Source: an uncultured Gammaproteobacteria bacterium
Lineage (GTDB): Bacteria; Pseudomonadota; Gammaproteobacteria; Arenicellales; Poriferihabitantaceae
Length of the DNA stretch: 56,998 nt
NCBI GenBank assembly: GCA_964403545.1
Contig: CAYOGN010000153.1
Location: 1-56,998 of the forward strand
Reading direction: 5' to 3'
Shown: positions 45,236-56,200 of the stretch, piece after piece
How positions within the stretch are numbered: the first letter of the stretch is position 1
Layout of the letters: each line of letters opens with the position of its first letter
Notes under the pieces: generated by a model
What the model was told of the DNA's origin: nothing
The model's input: only the letters and a program-made list of their open reading frames with translations
The model's database searches: none
Made by a program: the position numbers and the translations under genes

Positions 45236-47665
45236 CTACGACCGCGCCTTCTCCCCTGCAGGATCAAATAACGGCTTTTCCAATAGCTGTGCCCTGGTTG
45301 GAATACCGAGCACCGCCACTTCAAAATCATCCCCGGGTACGGCAAATTCAGTATTCGCGTAACCCAGGGCTACGGAGGTGTTAAAGGTAAAACTGTATGA
45401 TCCTGATGTCACCCGCCCTACATATTTTCCATTTTTAAAGATCGGCTCTCCACCCCAGGCATCTGCACCATCGGCGCCCGGTCTGGTATCAATCGTGAAA
45501 TTACACAACAATTGTCGTGGTGGCTGATCTTTTATTTTCATATAGGCATCCCGTCCATGAAATTCCGGTTTGTCAGTTTTTACCAGAAAATCCATGCGCG
45601 ATTCTGCAGGATACCATTCAGGCGAATATTCCCGGCTCCAGCTCCCGTAACCCTTTTCAATACGCATGGAACCCAGCGCACGTGATCCCACCGGGCGAAT
45701 TCCAAACTCTTTACCCTGGTCGAAAATTGATTGATAGAGTTTTAGCTGATTCTCCTCCGCTACATACATCTCATATCCCAGATCACCGGTAAACGACACT
45801 CTGATGACAATCACTTCATAGCCGTCATGTTGAATAACCTTGTTACGCATAAACCGCAGATCTTCATTACCCCAGGACATTGCAGTCATTTTCTCGATCA
45901 ATTTTCTCGCATTGGGTCCGGCGAGGTTAAAACCACACATGGCATCGGTGACTGACTCAAAACTCACACCCTCTACTGGAAGATACTGATCGAACAGGCG
46001 GTGATGATAGTCTTCAGCAATACCGGAACCAACCATAAACAGTCTTTCGTCTTCGAGTCGAGCCACGGTGAAATCTCCTGCCAACCCACCGCGCAGCCCT
46101 AACAACGGGGTAAGACAGGTCCGACCATTTTCCTTTGGTACATAATTGGCAATAATTCGATCGAGCCATTCACGAGCATTTGGTCCTGTGATCAAATATT
46201 TGGCGAAATTCCCGGTGTCCACAACGCCGACCGAGTTTCGTACCGCTTTCGCCTCTTCCCCCATGACATTAAACCACCGCGGGCGCTCGAAACTGAAATC
46301 GTCTTCCTGCTTGATACCTTCAGGTGCATACCAATGTGGATGCTCCCAGCCAAATGATAAGCCAAATACCCCTCCCATCGCCTTTTGCATCTCATAAACA
46401 GGCCGTTTCTTTAAAGGCCTCCCGGCCATACGCTCTTCATTGGGAAAGTGAATACTAAACCGTGTGCTATAGGTATCCTGCACCCTGGCTCTGGTATATT
46501 CCTTGCTGGCCCAGGCACCGAATCGACAGATATCCCATGGAAACATATCCAACTCAGGCTCCCCTTCCACTATCCACTGGGCCAGGGTCAATCCCAGACC
46601 GGCACTCTGACTGAATCCGGGAATAATGCCATTGCAACACCAATAGTTCTTCAGCCCCCGCACCGGACCGAGCAGAGCAGAAGAGTCCGGCGACCAGATC
46701 ATCGGCCCGTTGATTACCTTTCTGACCCCGGCTTCAGCAAGCACCGGAACGCGGTCACAGGCGCGCATAACATTGTCGGTTATCCGGTCAAGATCTTCCT
46801 GGAGCAATTCATGACCAAAATCCAGTGGCGTGCCGTTTTCGGCCCAAAACTTTCCCTCTTTTTCATACGCTCCTACCAGTAGACCCTTACCCTCCTGTCG
46901 CAGGTAATACTCCATGTCTCGATCAGCCACGGAAGGCAATTCGTAATCAAGAGCTGCAATTTCCGGAATTTCTTCGGTGACAAAATACTGATGCTCGGTG
47001 GCCATCAGTGGCAATTCAAACCCCGCTAACCGGGCCACCTCGCGGCCCCATAAACCAGCTGCATTTACCACGTGCTCGGCATGTATATTCCCTTTGCTCG
47101 TTATCACATCCCAACTGCCATCAGGTCGTGGATTGGTTTCCAGAACCGGGGTAAAACGGTGAATTTTTGCACCCATTTTTCTTGCACCACTGGCGTAGGC
47201 ATAAGTGACACCTGATGGATCTACATACCCTGCCAAAGGCTCATACATTGCACATTTGACCCCGTCCAGATTCAGTAAAGGATGTAGTTCCAGTGCCTGG
47301 TCGAGAGAGATTTCATAGAATTCGGCATCAAAGGCATGGGCCTTGGCTGCCTGTATTCGTAACTGGTGTTCCCGGTCTGTTGTACAGGCGAGATAAATGG
47401 AGCCCGGACTATGAACGCCGCAGGACTGTCCCGTTTCCGCCTCCAGTTCGTTGTACAAACTCATGGTGTAGTACTGCAACCTGGAAATATTATTATTGTC
47501 ATGGAGGCCATGAGTACCGGCGGCGGCATGCCAGGTTGAACCCGATGTCAGCTCATCCCGCTCCAGTAACATAACATCGCTCCATCCAAGCTTGGCCAAA
47601 TGGTAAAGAATACTGCAACCTACCAGGCCACCACCAATGACCACCACCCGGGCCTGTGAATTCAT
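45236..47665 (-). CDS. FAD-dependent oxidoreductase fused to GcvT-like folate-binding domain (dimethylglycine/sarcosine dehydrogenase-like)
   Basis: N-terminal RVVVIGGGLVGCS (DAO fold); C-terminal aminomethyltransferase-type domain. Start at ATG 47665; the alternative GTG 47701 adds 12 aa. Confidence 0.85.
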   Translation of the reverse strand: MNSQARVVVIGGGLVGCSILYHLAKLGWSDVMLLERDELTSGSTWHAAAGTHGLHDNNNISRLQYYTMSLYNELEAETGQSCGVHSPGSIYLACTTDREHQLRIQAAKAHAFDAEFYEISLDQALELHPLLNLDGVKCAMYEPLAGYVDPSGVTYAYASGARKMGAKIHRFTPVLETNPRPDGSWDVITSKGNIHAEHVVNAAGLWGREVARLAGFELPLMATEHQYFVTEEIPEIAALDYELPSVADRDMEYYLRQEGKGLLVGAYEKEGKFWAENGTPLDFGHELLQEDLDRITDNVMRACDRVPVLAEAGVRKVINGPMIWSPDSSALLGPVRGLKNYWCCNGIIPGFSQSAGLGLTLAQWIVEGEPELDMFPWDICRFGAWASKEYTRARVQDTYSTRFSIHFPNEERMAGRPLKKRPVYEMQKAMGGVFGLSFGWEHPHWYAPEGIKQEDDFSFERPRWFNVMGEEAKAVRNSVGVVDTGNFAKYLITGPNAREWLDRIIANYVPKENGRTCLTPLLGLRGGLAGDFTVARLEDERLFMVGSGIAEDYHHRLFDQYLPVEGVSFESVTDAMCGFNLAGPNARKLIEKMTAMSWGNEDLRFMRNKVIQHDGYEVIVIRVSFTGDLGYEMYVAEENQLKLYQSIFDQGKEFGIRPVGSRALGSMRIEKGYGSWSREYSPEWYPAESRMDFLVKTDKPEFHGRDAYMKIKDQPPRQLLCNFTIDTRPGADGADAWGGEPIFKNGKYVGRVTSGSYSFTFNTSVALGYANTEFAVPGDDFEVAVLGIPTRAQLLEKPLFDPAGEKARS

Positions 47666-47744
47666 AATTTTTTCCGATATGGCAAAGAGTTCAGTGGACA
47701 CCCACTAAACTGACAGGCATTGGTCAGTAGTTGGAGTGTTCTTT

Positions 47745-48947
47745 TCAATCACCCTGATTGTTATCAACCCCTGCTCGAATGGATTCCACGTACTCGACAA
47801 TACGTTCTGCAGCAACGACCAATTTTTCTTCTGTGGTGCACAAACTGACACGTAATAGTCCCGCACCACTTTTTCCAAAGCCGTCACATGGCAAAATCGC
47901 AACGTTATATCGATCCAGCAGGCCATTGGTAAATTCAAGGCTGGAGACCGGCAACTCGGCAATATCGAAAACGACAAACATACCCCCTTCGGCGCTGAAC
48001 AATTTCATTCCTTCTACATCCTGTAACGCACCAACGAGGGCATTGCGACGCCCGTCCATTGCTTCTCGTACAATTCCAGCGGTTTCGAAATCGGTTTCCA
48101 GAGCATATGCAGCGGCATCCTGAATAAAAGTCGGCAACCCATATGCCATACACAGAGACAGGTTGGATAGATGACCAATCAAGCTTGTCGGACCAACCAC
48201 CCAACCTAAACGCCAGCCAGTCATTCGATGAGATTTCGAGAGACTCGAAATCGTGATACAAATATCTTTGGCCTTAGGTAGTGAAGCGGGGCTGAATCGA
48301 TCTGATTCTGCGACGATTTCCTGGTAGACCTCATCACTGATCAACCAGATATTATGTTCTACACACAAATCTACAACCGCTTCGAACTGCGCACGGGTAT
48401 ACAGTGCACCAGTCGGATTGTTTGGTGAGTTGAGCAAGATCGCCCTGGTTCGCCCGGTTATATGGGCAGCAATTTCATCGGGATCGATTTGAAACCTGTT
48501 TTTTGCACTGACAGGCACACTGACCAGGGTCGCCCCGGAACAACTCATGGTGGCAGGATAAGTGGTGTAATAAGGTTCCGACAGGATTACTTCATCGCCT
48601 GCCTCAAGCAAGCATTGTGCTACAGAGAACAAGCCGTTCTGGGTACCGCTGAACACCGCGCAGTTCTCACTACTCACCGGTTGCCCGGTGAGCCCCTGGT
48701 GGCGTGCAGCAATGGCTTTTCTGATTCGATCAGTTCCCTCTATGTTCGTGTAGTGATGACGCCCCTGTCGCAGGCTTTGTACCGTCGCCTCAACAATTGG
48801 CTCGGGAGTAAATTCGTCACTTTCCTGACCCACACTAAGCAGAATTATATCCTCACCCGCTTCGAGTCGAGCCATTCCGCGATAATGTACATCCCATGCG
48901 TCCACACCTTCGTCGGCGATACGGTTAGTAAGACTCGAAAATTGCAT
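47745..48947 (-). CDS. Pyridoxal phosphate-dependent aminotransferase, class I/II
   Basis: NSPNNPTG and the PLP-lysine region SLSKSHRMTGWRLGW. Confidence 0.9.
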   Translation of the reverse strand: MQFSSLTNRIADEGVDAWDVHYRGMARLEAGEDIILLSVGQESDEFTPEPIVEATVQSLRQGRHHYTNIEGTDRIRKAIAARHQGLTGQPVSSENCAVFSGTQNGLFSVAQCLLEAGDEVILSEPYYTTYPATMSCSGATLVSVPVSAKNRFQIDPDEIAAHITGRTRAILLNSPNNPTGALYTRAQFEAVVDLCVEHNIWLISDEVYQEIVAESDRFSPASLPKAKDICITISSLSKSHRMTGWRLGWVVGPTSLIGHLSNLSLCMAYGLPTFIQDAAAYALETDFETAGIVREAMDGRRNALVGALQDVEGMKLFSAEGGMFVVFDIAELPVSSLEFTNGLLDRYNVAILPCDGFGKSGAGLLRVSLCTTEEKLVVAAERIVEYVESIRAGVDNNQGD

Positions 48948-49151
48948 CAGGTAATATTTTAAAAAATAGGTTGAAAGAAACTATTGCGGTCACCAGAAAC
49001 TGCTTGACCCCGTCTGTTTGGGACCATAATTTGGTCCTGCAATATGCGCGAGATTGCCATAGCCCTTTGCGGTACGCAATCAGGAGCCTTGTTTATTTCC
49101 GATCAGTTTTTCAAACTCGCAGTCCGGGTAACAAAAAGGTTAAACTTGTGA

Positions 49152-50096
49152 TTGACGGATCCTGCCAGAAGGGGGCAATCTCAATTGGATAAACAATTAC
49201 AATCAGCGATCGATACGCTGCTGGATCAGGCCAATCAGGTGATCCTGGGCAAGGATCATGCCATCCGACTGGCGGTCGCGACTTTACTTGCCAATGGTCA
49301 TTTATTGATTACCGATAAACCCGGGGTGGGAAAAACCACGCTGGCCCATGTTATTGCCCGCCTGTTCGGACTTAATTTCAAACGAATTCAGTTCACCAGC
49401 GACTTACTTCCTGCCGATATTACCGGCGTCACAATTTTTGATCAGCAAACGAGTAAATTTACCTTTCATCCTGGTCCGATATTTGCCCAACTGGTATTGG
49501 CGGATGAAATTAACCGTGCCACACCCAAATGCCAGAGTTCCTTACTGGAAGCGATGGAAGAACGACAGGTAACCATCGACCGGGCGTCCCATAGCCTGCC
49601 CAACCCTTTTTTTGTAATTGCCACCCGCAATCCCGGCGAGCAGACCGGCACATTCTCACTTCCGGAGTCCCAGCTGGATCGATTTATGTTGGGAATCAGT
49701 CTTGGTTATCCGGATCAGAACGCAGAGCGTAAAATGCTGGAAAATCCCGACCCCCGGAAAAGACTGTCGTCGCTTACACCCGTTTTTGATGCCAAATCAA
49801 TTCTAAACGCTCAATCTGACGTAAGACAAGTAGTCATTTCCAAAGCCCTGATGGACTACCTGCAGGCGATTCTTGCTTACAGTCGCGGCGACAGGGCATT
49901 CTATTCTGGATATTCCCCGCGAGCAGGAATGCACCTTTTGGCAGCCTCCAGGGCATGGGCACTGGTACACGGTCGTGATCATGTTCTTCCAGAGGACCTG
50001 CAAGCCATCATTCCCGGGACAGCACATCACCTTGCAGCCCGTGAGCCAGGGGTAAACTTGTGCCAGCATATCCTGGAGCACGTTGCAATACCCTGA
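49152..50096 (+). CDS. MoxR family AAA+ ATPase
   Basis: Walker A PGVGKTTLA, Walker B LLADEINRA, ATRNP...G...LPE.QLDRF. TTG start uncertain. Confidence 0.9.
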   Translation: MTDPARRGQSQLDKQLQSAIDTLLDQANQVILGKDHAIRLAVATLLANGHLLITDKPGVGKTTLAHVIARLFGLNFKRIQFTSDLLPADITGVTIFDQQTSKFTFHPGPIFAQLVLADEINRATPKCQSSLLEAMEERQVTIDRASHSLPNPFFVIATRNPGEQTGTFSLPESQLDRFMLGISLGYPDQNAERKMLENPDPRKRLSSLTPVFDAKSILNAQSDVRQVVISKALMDYLQAILAYSRGDRAFYSGYSPRAGMHLLAASRAWALVHGRDHVLPEDLQAIIPGTAHHLAAREPGVNLCQHILEHVAIP

Positions 50097-51127
50097 TTTC
50101 ATTGTTAAAGCTTGTGGATCGATTCTGGACCTGGTTACAATCCTTCAGCAGGACTGCGCGTCCTGATCCCGACGGCGTGATACGAATTAGTCCGCGGCAG
50201 ATCTATATTCTGCCTACCCGATATGGGTTGCTATACGGTGTTATGCTACTGGCAATGCTGTTTGGATCCAATAACTATGGCAGCAATCCAGGATTTTTGC
50301 TGACATTTTTACTCGCTGGTCTGGGGATGGCGACATTATTTCAGACCTGGAAAAACCTGGTCGGTATTGAACTCTCCGCGGGCAGCTGTGAAGCAGTTTT
50401 TTGCGGGACTCTCGCACGGTTTCCAATACAGGTTACCAATCCGTTCCCTACCCCGCGTCCTGCAATCGATGCCCGAATATTCCGCAGAGGTTCATATTCT
50501 GCAACTGAGGCACCTTCTATAATGTTCGATCTTGATCCTGTTTGCCAAAATACAGTTGAGATATCAAGACCATCGCGTCACCGAGGTTTACTTTCCATCG
50601 GTCGGATTGTGATATCAACCCGCTTTCCACTGGGACTGTTTCGTGCCTGGAGTTATGCCGAGCCAAAAAGTGAATGCCTGATTTACCCCGAGCCCGCAGA
50701 TCTTGCCGGCGGCATCGATACAATCCACAGCAAATCAGAATCGATCCACCTGAATATCAATGGCAACAATGATTTCGCTGGCCATAAGCCCTACCAGGAC
50801 GGCGATAATATGATGCATGTTGACTGGAAAGTACTTGCCCGGGGAAAGGGATTACACCTCAAAAACTTTGACACGGCCCAGGGTGATCAAGTCTGGTTGC
50901 GATGGGAAGCCGCAGAGGGGCCAGAACCAGAACAACGGATTTCGCAAATGACCCGGGCGGTGCTGGATCTCGATACCGCGGATGTAACCTTTGGCCTCGA
51001 GCTTCCACAAGGTACCGGAGGGAGGTTCAGGATTGATCCCGCCCGGGGTTATGAACATCGACAACAATGCCTGAAGATGCTGGCGTTATTTGATAATTTC
51101 AGAGCTGGCGAATCCCGATATGTCTAG
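50060..51127 (+). CDS. DUF58 domain-containing protein (vWA-like partner of MoxR)
   Basis: Two N-terminal TM helices, then the DUF58 core ...DFAGHKPYQDGDNMMHVDWKVLARG. The true start is possibly TTG 50102 or GTG 50114, just after the moxR stop. Confidence 0.8.
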   Translation: MPAYPGARCNTLISLLKLVDRFWTWLQSFSRTARPDPDGVIRISPRQIYILPTRYGLLYGVMLLAMLFGSNNYGSNPGFLLTFLLAGLGMATLFQTWKNLVGIELSAGSCEAVFCGTLARFPIQVTNPFPTPRPAIDARIFRRGSYSATEAPSIMFDLDPVCQNTVEISRPSRHRGLLSIGRIVISTRFPLGLFRAWSYAEPKSECLIYPEPADLAGGIDTIHSKSESIHLNINGNNDFAGHKPYQDGDNMMHVDWKVLARGKGLHLKNFDTAQGDQVWLRWEAAEGPEPEQRISQMTRAVLDLDTADVTFGLELPQGTGGRFRIDPARGYEHRQQCLKMLALFDNFRAGESRYV

Positions 51128-53222
51128 CGAAATTGCCGCCTCTCAGCACTCTTCGGCTCGGCGGCGCAAGCTTGAACCAAAGAATCAGCAACTGAAAATC
51201 CAGACTGAATATAGTCGGTTTAATCCGGCCCGCCTACTGAATGTTCGCCTGTTGCTGCACTCCACGGGTCTGCTGACGCTGGCTGTGCTGCCTCATTTAA
51301 ATCACCTCCGGTTCGAGATCATCGCTATTTTCCTGCTCATGGCGGGATGGCGATGTGTTGCCTGCAGGTGGCACTGGCTTCCGCGCAATCGCTGGATTAT
51401 CCTGTTGTTTGCCATGGTCGGTTTTACTGTTTCAGCCTGGTATTATGGTGCACCATTGGGCCGCGATCCCGGGGTTGCGTTTCTGGTGGTAATGGCGGGA
51501 CTTAAAGTCCTGGAGGTTTCGTCGCCAAGAGACATTCGAATTGTATTGCTACTGGGTCTGTTTGTGATCATTACCCACTTTCTCTACGCAGACGGGATTC
51601 TGTGGTCACTGCCCTTGCTCGGGCTGGTAGTAGCATTAATCTGGTCAATGGCTCAGACGGAACATGTAAATCCCCGGCGATTTATGCTTTCTGACCTGAA
51701 ACTTGTGGCCAGGATGTTTATCCAGGCTCTACCTTTTGTGCTGATTTTGTTTTATCTGTTCCCAAGGTTGGCGGGCTCGGTATACCTGTTTCAATCTGAA
51801 AACCAGAGTGGCACAACCGGTTTGAGTGATCGCCTGACCATGGGGTCCATCAGTAATCTGATTCAGTCAGAGGATATCGCATTTACCGCCAGTTTTTTTA
51901 ACCAGACGGCACCACCCCCTGAACAACGCTACTGGCGAGGTGGAGTATTGTGGGATACTGACGGACGTCAGTGGACCCGTGGTCTGTCCGCACCTTTTCT
52001 AAAGCGAGACCCATATTCGAACCCGGCCGATGGACACCAGCAACGTTACGAAATCGAGCTGGAGCCCAATAAGCAGGATTGGTTGTTCTCACTGGATTTT
52101 CCGGTATCTATTCCACCAAATGCGGATATCGATAGTGATCACCATCTGTATATAGACGGGAAAACCGATGGTTCGTTACGCTATACCCTGATCTCCAGTG
52201 ACGCGCCACAGATCGAGCCGCTGTCGGAAAATGCCAGGGCGCGGGCACTTGATCTCGGTGACACTATCATTACGCCACGCATGAGGGCGTTGATTGGAGA
52301 GTTTACCGAGGGAACAAAATCCTCCATCCAGATCGCCCAGCGGGTATTTGATTACTACAACAAAAATGAATTTGTTTACACTCTACAACCACCACTGCTG
52401 GGCAGTAATGCCCCGGTGGACGAATTCCTGTTTGAATCCCGTCGTGGGTTTTGTGGGCACTATGCGAGCAGTTTCGCCACTATCATGCGCCGTGCCGGGG
52501 TACCCGCCAGACTGGTCGTGGGTTACCTTGGTGGCAAATTCAATCCCCGCAGTAACCAGATCGTTGTCCATCAGTCCGATGCCCATGCCTGGGTTGAGAT
52601 CTGGCAACAGAATTCCGGCTGGATAAGAATGGATCCCACTGCTGCTATCGCACCAGAGCGCATCCAGTTCCCCATCGACTTCAATACCAGTATTAATTCA
52701 GCAGGATCGGTATTGTTTTCAATGGGAGAGTTTGCCGGATTCCGCAGACTCTTTATCGAACTGGAATGGCTCTCGGATTCGATAAAAGCGAAGTGGAATC
52801 GCTGGTTTACTACCTTTGATCAATCTCGCCAGCAGCAACTGCTGAAATCCCTGGGGCTCGATCATCTCGACAGCAGACTGTTGTCAATGGGTGCGTTTGT
52901 AGGTGCTCTGGCTACACTCTCACTACTCAGTTTCGTCATCTTCCAGCGTGATCAGGTCAAACCAGACCCCGTAGTCCGCGTCTATCAACGGTATTGTAAT
53001 CGACTGAAGAAACTGGGGATGACACGACGGCCAAATGAGGGTCCTGTGGATTTCAGTGCTCGTGCAAGACTGCAGTTTCCAGATTTCGAGAAACAGATAG
53101 ACAATATCACCCTGCAGTTCATCACCTTGCGATACGCTTCACCAGATAGTGTTGTCAGTCCTGCCGAATTGGCAAGGTTCAGCACAATGGTTGTTCAGTT
53201 TGAACGCGAGGTAACAATATGA
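51120..53222 (+). CDS. tgpA: Transglutaminase-like membrane protein TgpA family (DUF3488 + transglutaminase core + DUF4129-like C-terminus)
   Basis: Multi-TM N-terminus; Cys-His-Asp core RRGFCGHYASSF...SDAHAWVEIW...MDPT. The ATG overlaps the DUF58 stop (ATGTCTAG). Confidence 0.85.
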   Translation: MSSEIAASQHSSARRRKLEPKNQQLKIQTEYSRFNPARLLNVRLLLHSTGLLTLAVLPHLNHLRFEIIAIFLLMAGWRCVACRWHWLPRNRWIILLFAMVGFTVSAWYYGAPLGRDPGVAFLVVMAGLKVLEVSSPRDIRIVLLLGLFVIITHFLYADGILWSLPLLGLVVALIWSMAQTEHVNPRRFMLSDLKLVARMFIQALPFVLILFYLFPRLAGSVYLFQSENQSGTTGLSDRLTMGSISNLIQSEDIAFTASFFNQTAPPPEQRYWRGGVLWDTDGRQWTRGLSAPFLKRDPYSNPADGHQQRYEIELEPNKQDWLFSLDFPVSIPPNADIDSDHHLYIDGKTDGSLRYTLISSDAPQIEPLSENARARALDLGDTIITPRMRALIGEFTEGTKSSIQIAQRVFDYYNKNEFVYTLQPPLLGSNAPVDEFLFESRRGFCGHYASSFATIMRRAGVPARLVVGYLGGKFNPRSNQIVVHQSDAHAWVEIWQQNSGWIRMDPTAAIAPERIQFPIDFNTSINSAGSVLFSMGEFAGFRRLFIELEWLSDSIKAKWNRWFTTFDQSRQQQLLKSLGLDHLDSRLLSMGAFVGALATLSLLSFVIFQRDQVKPDPVVRVYQRYCNRLKKLGMTRRPNEGPVDFSARARLQFPDFEKQIDNITLQFITLRYASPDSVVSPAELARFSTMVVQFEREVTI

Positions 53223-53292
53223 AATTAAACCCGGATGAAATTGAACCCGGAATTGATAGCAAATAAACCGCCTGGCAAAAGCTTGTTCCACG

Positions 53293-56200
53293 CTATCTTT
53301 GATATGCGGGCGGCACCCTGTCAATGGACCTCCCGTTATTTCTCTTTCCCGACTGCTGATTCTTCGGAGTATTCTTCGCCCGTTGGCGCTCTATTCTTTT
53401 GATTACGCTTTCACAGGTGTAGCTGGACGCCGTCAGGCGATCAAAAAATCCTTTGGCGACAAGCCCGGTAAAAACAACGGTTGCCGTCACCGGATTGGTC
53501 GATGACGCCGCAACGAGAGAAGGGGCCAATGCATAACCGGCAATTGCCGCCGTCACCAAACCGCCGCCACCCACACTGAAGTCGGGAGTCGCCAGATGGC
53601 CTTTAATCCTGAACCCGCCAACCAGGGTGGAAATACTGAACCCTATGCCTTTTCTTGCTTTCGGATATACCTTGATATCGACAAATCCGTTGTTAAGATC
53701 AAGTTTACCTTTGCCCGCGAGAATGTAGTCATCTGCCTGCAGGGTGAATGTTTTATTTGCCGTAGCAACGCCTTTCACCACATCCACCGCCAAGACGCCA
53801 CACTGATAATAACTGGCTGGCTCATCCTCTTTGTTGCGCACAATTCCTTTCAATATAGAGGACAGCATATCCGCGGATAGTGTGGTCAAAACATTTGATC
53901 GAATGGTTAGCGGGCCCATGGTTACCATCGCATTTCCATTGAGGTTTTCTATTAATGCCCCAAGGTCACTCCCCTTGCTGGTCAATACAAAACCCCCGCT
54001 TAATTCGCCTCCTTCCATCAGATTTTTGTCCACGTTGAGCAGCGCCTCCAGTGATCCTTGCTGTATATCGCCAGAAAACTTATAAACCGGAAGCAAGGCA
54101 TTTGTGTCAATTGAGCCGCTGAAAGATACCGGTTTTCCGTCGAGCAGAATTTCATATTCAACCAACCTGAAGACTCCGTTACTGGCGTCAAGGGTTAAAG
54201 CCAGATTTTCCCCCTCGTAATCTCCTACCTGCGCCTTGTCGGCAGAAATGCTGAAGTACAGATTGAGGTCTCTAATCCACGCGGTCTCGATGCCGATTCC
54301 AGCAGTGTATGCTCTAAACATTTCGCCCAGTTCCTTCCCCGACAATTCTGCTTCGACCGTGGTTTCAGGTTCCGGTTGTAAACGCTCTTGTACCGGATTG
54401 AGTGCTTCCGGATCGGAAAGCGCCACCTCAGGATCTATTGTAACAAGTCCGGTTTTAAATCTCCGTGACTGCAGTTCGACCGTGAGCCGGGGTGGGTCCT
54501 GACCCAGATCAATGGCGACGTCTCCGCTCACATCCGTGTCCACTGCCTGAAACCGGATATGCTCAATATGGATCTTGTCAGTATCACTTTTGATCGTCGC
54601 CGCCAGATCCAACGGCCCGGTCAGCTGTAGATTCTTGAGTTTGGAAAAATATTGTTCCAACTCAAAGGGTCGATCCGATAAAAAGTGAAATTCAGTATCC
54701 GATATCAGGTTATCGGGCAGATGAGACAATTGTCCTTGAAGATGCAACTGTCGATCTTGCTGGGCAAGATTAATCTCCATTTTGCTGAGAGAGAAATCCT
54801 CCAGGGTTCCTCTGATAGTGGATATCGCGCTACCGCCAAGCCCCTGTAGATCCGGCTCAAATTCGGCGGGAAAGTATGTAGCCAGTTGAGAAAAATCCCT
54901 GACATCGAGGCTAGCATCCAGATCGAAGGCCAGTTTACTATCGATCATCCCCAGATTGCCCGCCAGAGTGGCGTTAATATTGCCATCCTGTAGCTGCACA
55001 GAGCCGTACTCTATGCTATAGCTATCCTGTTGGAGAGAAACTCTGGCGGCCAAACTGAGCGAGCCATATACAGCTGAACCAGGCTCAAGCAGTGCTTCAC
55101 TTTCAATACCCAATAACTTTAACAGGTCGGTAGTTTCAGTGGCCTCGCCACGGAGCTCAAGACCAAAAGCCATATCGTCCTGCTTCAGCTGCAGGTCTCC
55201 ACCGACCCTTGCGTCAAGACTATTGTAAGCAAATCCCAGATCCATCCCGCTGAACAGAATTTCACCCTTTTCCCCGCTGATTGAAGCCTTTAGATCCACG
55301 GATCCAACTTCGGGGATTAATCTCTTCGCAAAACCTGTTACCGATTCGGGTTTGATTACCTTATCGGGATTCTTTGCCTTTACACTCAGATCAAGATTAA
55401 AGCGTACATCGGACAGCAAATTCTGAACGCTACCATTTGCTTCAATTTCCAGTTGCTGGTGATGAAGTCCAATCTGTAAATTGGCAATATCCAAATCACT
55501 ACCATTCAGCGCAATAATCCCTGATGCAGAGGCGGGGCCGAGTTCTTTTTTCAGATAACTCAATGGTTCTGCCAAATAGGCGAACGCGTCCAGAGCTTTC
55601 ATTTCAGCTTCGAAGTTCAGTTCACCGTGTGGTACCCCATCCCGGAAATAAATGGATCCCTCGACCCCGCTATCCAGCGGAAAGAATGTCAGGTTCTGGT
55701 TGATCCACTGCGCCGCTGACGACGCCTTGATCGCGTCGATATTTGTCTTCTCTGCCTCACCGGCACCCACCGCCAGCTTCAGATCAAGTTGGTTATTTTC
55801 CGATTTGAACTCAACGTCTCCAACGGCATAGAAACGGGAACCACCCAATCGTCCGGCACTGTCGATATGCGCACGGGTGATTCCTTTACCCAGGTCGATG
55901 TCAATTTTATCCAGATCCAGTCCGAGTATTTCATTTGTTTTATCATTCCTGAAGACAACCCTGGTTTTTGCTGCATTGACCCGGTCGACATCGAAGGGAA
56001 GCCCTCCCGCCACCCCCTGAAGCTCTTCGGTCATCCAGCTGGGTATACCCTGTGAATCCATGGCCAGACTGATATCAGCTGCATCCAGCCCAAGATCAAT
56101 AACTACCTTTTGCTTCAACAAGGGTGCCCATTGCAAGCTGAAAGACAATCTCTTTACTCGCGCCAGAATGGGATTGGATTGTGAAGAAGCATTGGTTATC

